Below are positions 8,201-9,043 of a stretch of 9,043 nt of DNA, one piece after another. The notes beneath the pieces are model-generated. The model saw only the letters and a program-made list of their open reading frames with translations, had not been told where the DNA came from and ran no database searches. The stretch covers positions 1-9,043 of the forward strand of contig BAAFSQ010000358.1 of assembly GCA_054661495.1 (NCBI GenBank). The letters are read 5' to 3'. The stretch's first letter is position 1. Each line of letters opens with the position of its first letter. Position numbers and translations under genes: made by a program. This DNA comes from Zygophlyctis sp. KS116. Taxonomy: Eukaryota; Fungi; Chytridiomycota.

Positions 8201-8679
8201 CATATAATTTAGCAACTCCAAAAACTGCAGTTGAAACCACTTGCGCATCTTTATCACCCAATCCAGATTTCAATGAAGATAAAATTGACGCAACAACCAT
8301 ATCAGATGGAAGATTTCCTAGTGTTTTCAATGCAAGAGATCTAGTTTTTGGGTCTTTGTCCGATAAATCCTCGACATTATAATATAAAACTTACCTTGTT
8401 CAAGATAACAATTGCATCTCCAGTTAGAGCAGTATTTTTCTTTGCATAAATTACAACGAATAGCAAAACTAATTTCTTAATTTCCAAACTCTGAACTTGT
8501 AATGTTTCCATGACTTCTGGGTACAAAATAGACAAATCATTCCCCATTGTAATATTTGCAATAATCCTCTTGAGAACAGCAATGGTTTTATGTATTCTCT
8601 TTTTTGAAGTCTTTGCTGCTACCAGCATTGCGTTTAATTCATGGGCTTTTCCTCTGCTAAAATACTTTGTATCGCCCAT
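5251..8679 (-). CDS. APL1: Adaptor protein complex beta subunit (beta-adaptin), fungal AP-2 beta/Apl1 type, with trunk, hinge and full appendage; ~1039 aa, 12 exons
   Basis: Exons 8679-8395, 8369-8005, 7956-7742, 7715-7499, 7473-7308, 7281-7165, 7135-6884, 6858-6638, 6613-5964, 5932-5836, 5810-5686, 5660-5251 (3120 nt, phases consistent). Introns in that order: 25, 48, 26, 25, 26, 29, 25, 24 (stopless, less certain), 31, 25, 25 nt. Motifs: CTE|[51 protein letters not shown]|[30 protein letters not shown]; appendage FNSNSFGLIP...PNQS...LQVAIK. The N-terminus [13 protein letters not shown]...[13 protein letters not shown] resembles fungal Apl1 more than Apl2. The beta1 vs beta2 call is less certain than the family call. 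Confidence 0.9.
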
Positions 8680-8868
8680 TTTACAAGTTTTCAACGAGAA
8701 ATATTATTTTAATCAGCGAAATAATCTTGATTCTCAGTTTTTTATAATAAATTGCATTAAATAGTCATACTTGTATTAATGATTAATAAACTGCTTAATT
8801 TAAGAATATTTTCAAAATCTCCAACTTCTGTATCATACTATATATTCTTTCCAGGACTAAGTATAAAC

Positions 8869-9042
8869 TTAACGATCAATGAATACGATCCCACGGTAGA
8901 ATACGAGTTGTCTACTTCTATTGGGTCTTCGTGTCATTTGCGCAGCGATTGATTCTATTGTATATCCCCCAAAAATATCCCATCCATTTCTATCAAGACC
9001 ATAATGAGTTACTAGAAAATCAACAATGTGGTAATTTCTATA
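8869..9042 (-). CDS. 3' end of a gene running in from the right edge, possibly ankyrin-repeat-like (partial)
   Basis: Open frame 9042-8869 (57 codons plus TAA): YRNYHIVDFLVTHYGLDRNGWDIFGGYTIESIAAQMTRRPNRSRQLVFYRGIVFIDR*. HIVDFLVTHYGLDRNGWDIFGGYTIESIAA loosely fits the ankyrin pattern (ivk.Ll..gad.n..d..G.Tpl..Aa). It is followed by an AT-rich stretch before the APL1 start. Confidence 0.35.
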   Translation of the reverse strand, partial: YRNYHIVDFLVTHYGLDRNGWDIFGGYTIESIAAQMTRRPNRSRQLVFYRGIVFIDR

Positions 9043-9043
9043 A
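9034..9043 (-). repeat. Terminal microhomology: 9038-9043 equals 1-6 (CTATAA); 9034-9043 is the reverse complement of 554-563
   Basis: The window ends ...ATTTCTATAA and starts CTATAAATTT...; 554-563 is TTATAGAAAT. Confidence 0.6.

Noticed and set aside
787-8679. Fragmented ORFs read as pseudogenes or frameshifted genes
   Set aside because: Every break is resolved by a GTA...AG intron of consistent size that restores conserved motifs, with correct phase through all exons.
787-8679. Alternative genetic code (TAA/TAG = Gln, as in ciliates or Amoeboaphelidium)
   Set aside because: Internal stops fall only within introns or out-of-frame read-through. Spliced exons contain none, and genes end in TAA or TGA at the expected C-termini.
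300-8679. Functional gene cluster or operon
   Set aside because: Chaperone, ribosome biogenesis, PP2A regulation and endocytosis genes share no pathway; adjacency reflects genome compaction.
294-8694. Non-ATG starts in the ORF track (294 TTG, 4158 GTG, 8694 TTG)
   Set aside because: Prokaryotic-style start calls; nearby in-frame ATGs at 300, 4152 and 8679 match the expected N-termini.
593-8764. Track ORFs 593..901, 2150..2347, 2643..2894, 4542..4763, 4815..5060, 6380..6568, 7409..7687, 8510..8764
   Set aside because: All are antisense or alternate-frame shadows of well-supported genes and show no recognisable motifs.

Overview
AT-rich, very compact eukaryotic DNA. It is most likely from an early-diverging (non-Dikarya) fungus, inferred from the fungal-type AP-2 beta N-terminus together with a retained appendage domain; the lineage cannot be pinned down from this window. 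It holds four complete genes: a small J-domain protein with a C-terminal hydrophobic segment (+), BMS1 (-, 6 exons), PP2A methylesterase PPE1/PME-1 (+, 4 exons) and an AP-2 beta-adaptin (-, 12 exons). A probable gene fragment lies at each end. The ORF track is fragmented because of 19 inferred spliceosomal introns: 18 are only 24-31 nt, all start with GTA, most lack +5G, and some end in AAG or GAG. Intergenic gaps are 3-189 nt. The first 87 nt are a mosaic of two inverted ~46-nt copies of internal coding sequence (514-559 and 4945-4991) joined at microhomologies. The window end also joins the window start through a third microhomology. This points either to a ~9.04-kb circle with templated insertions or, more mundanely, to an amplification/assembly chimera.
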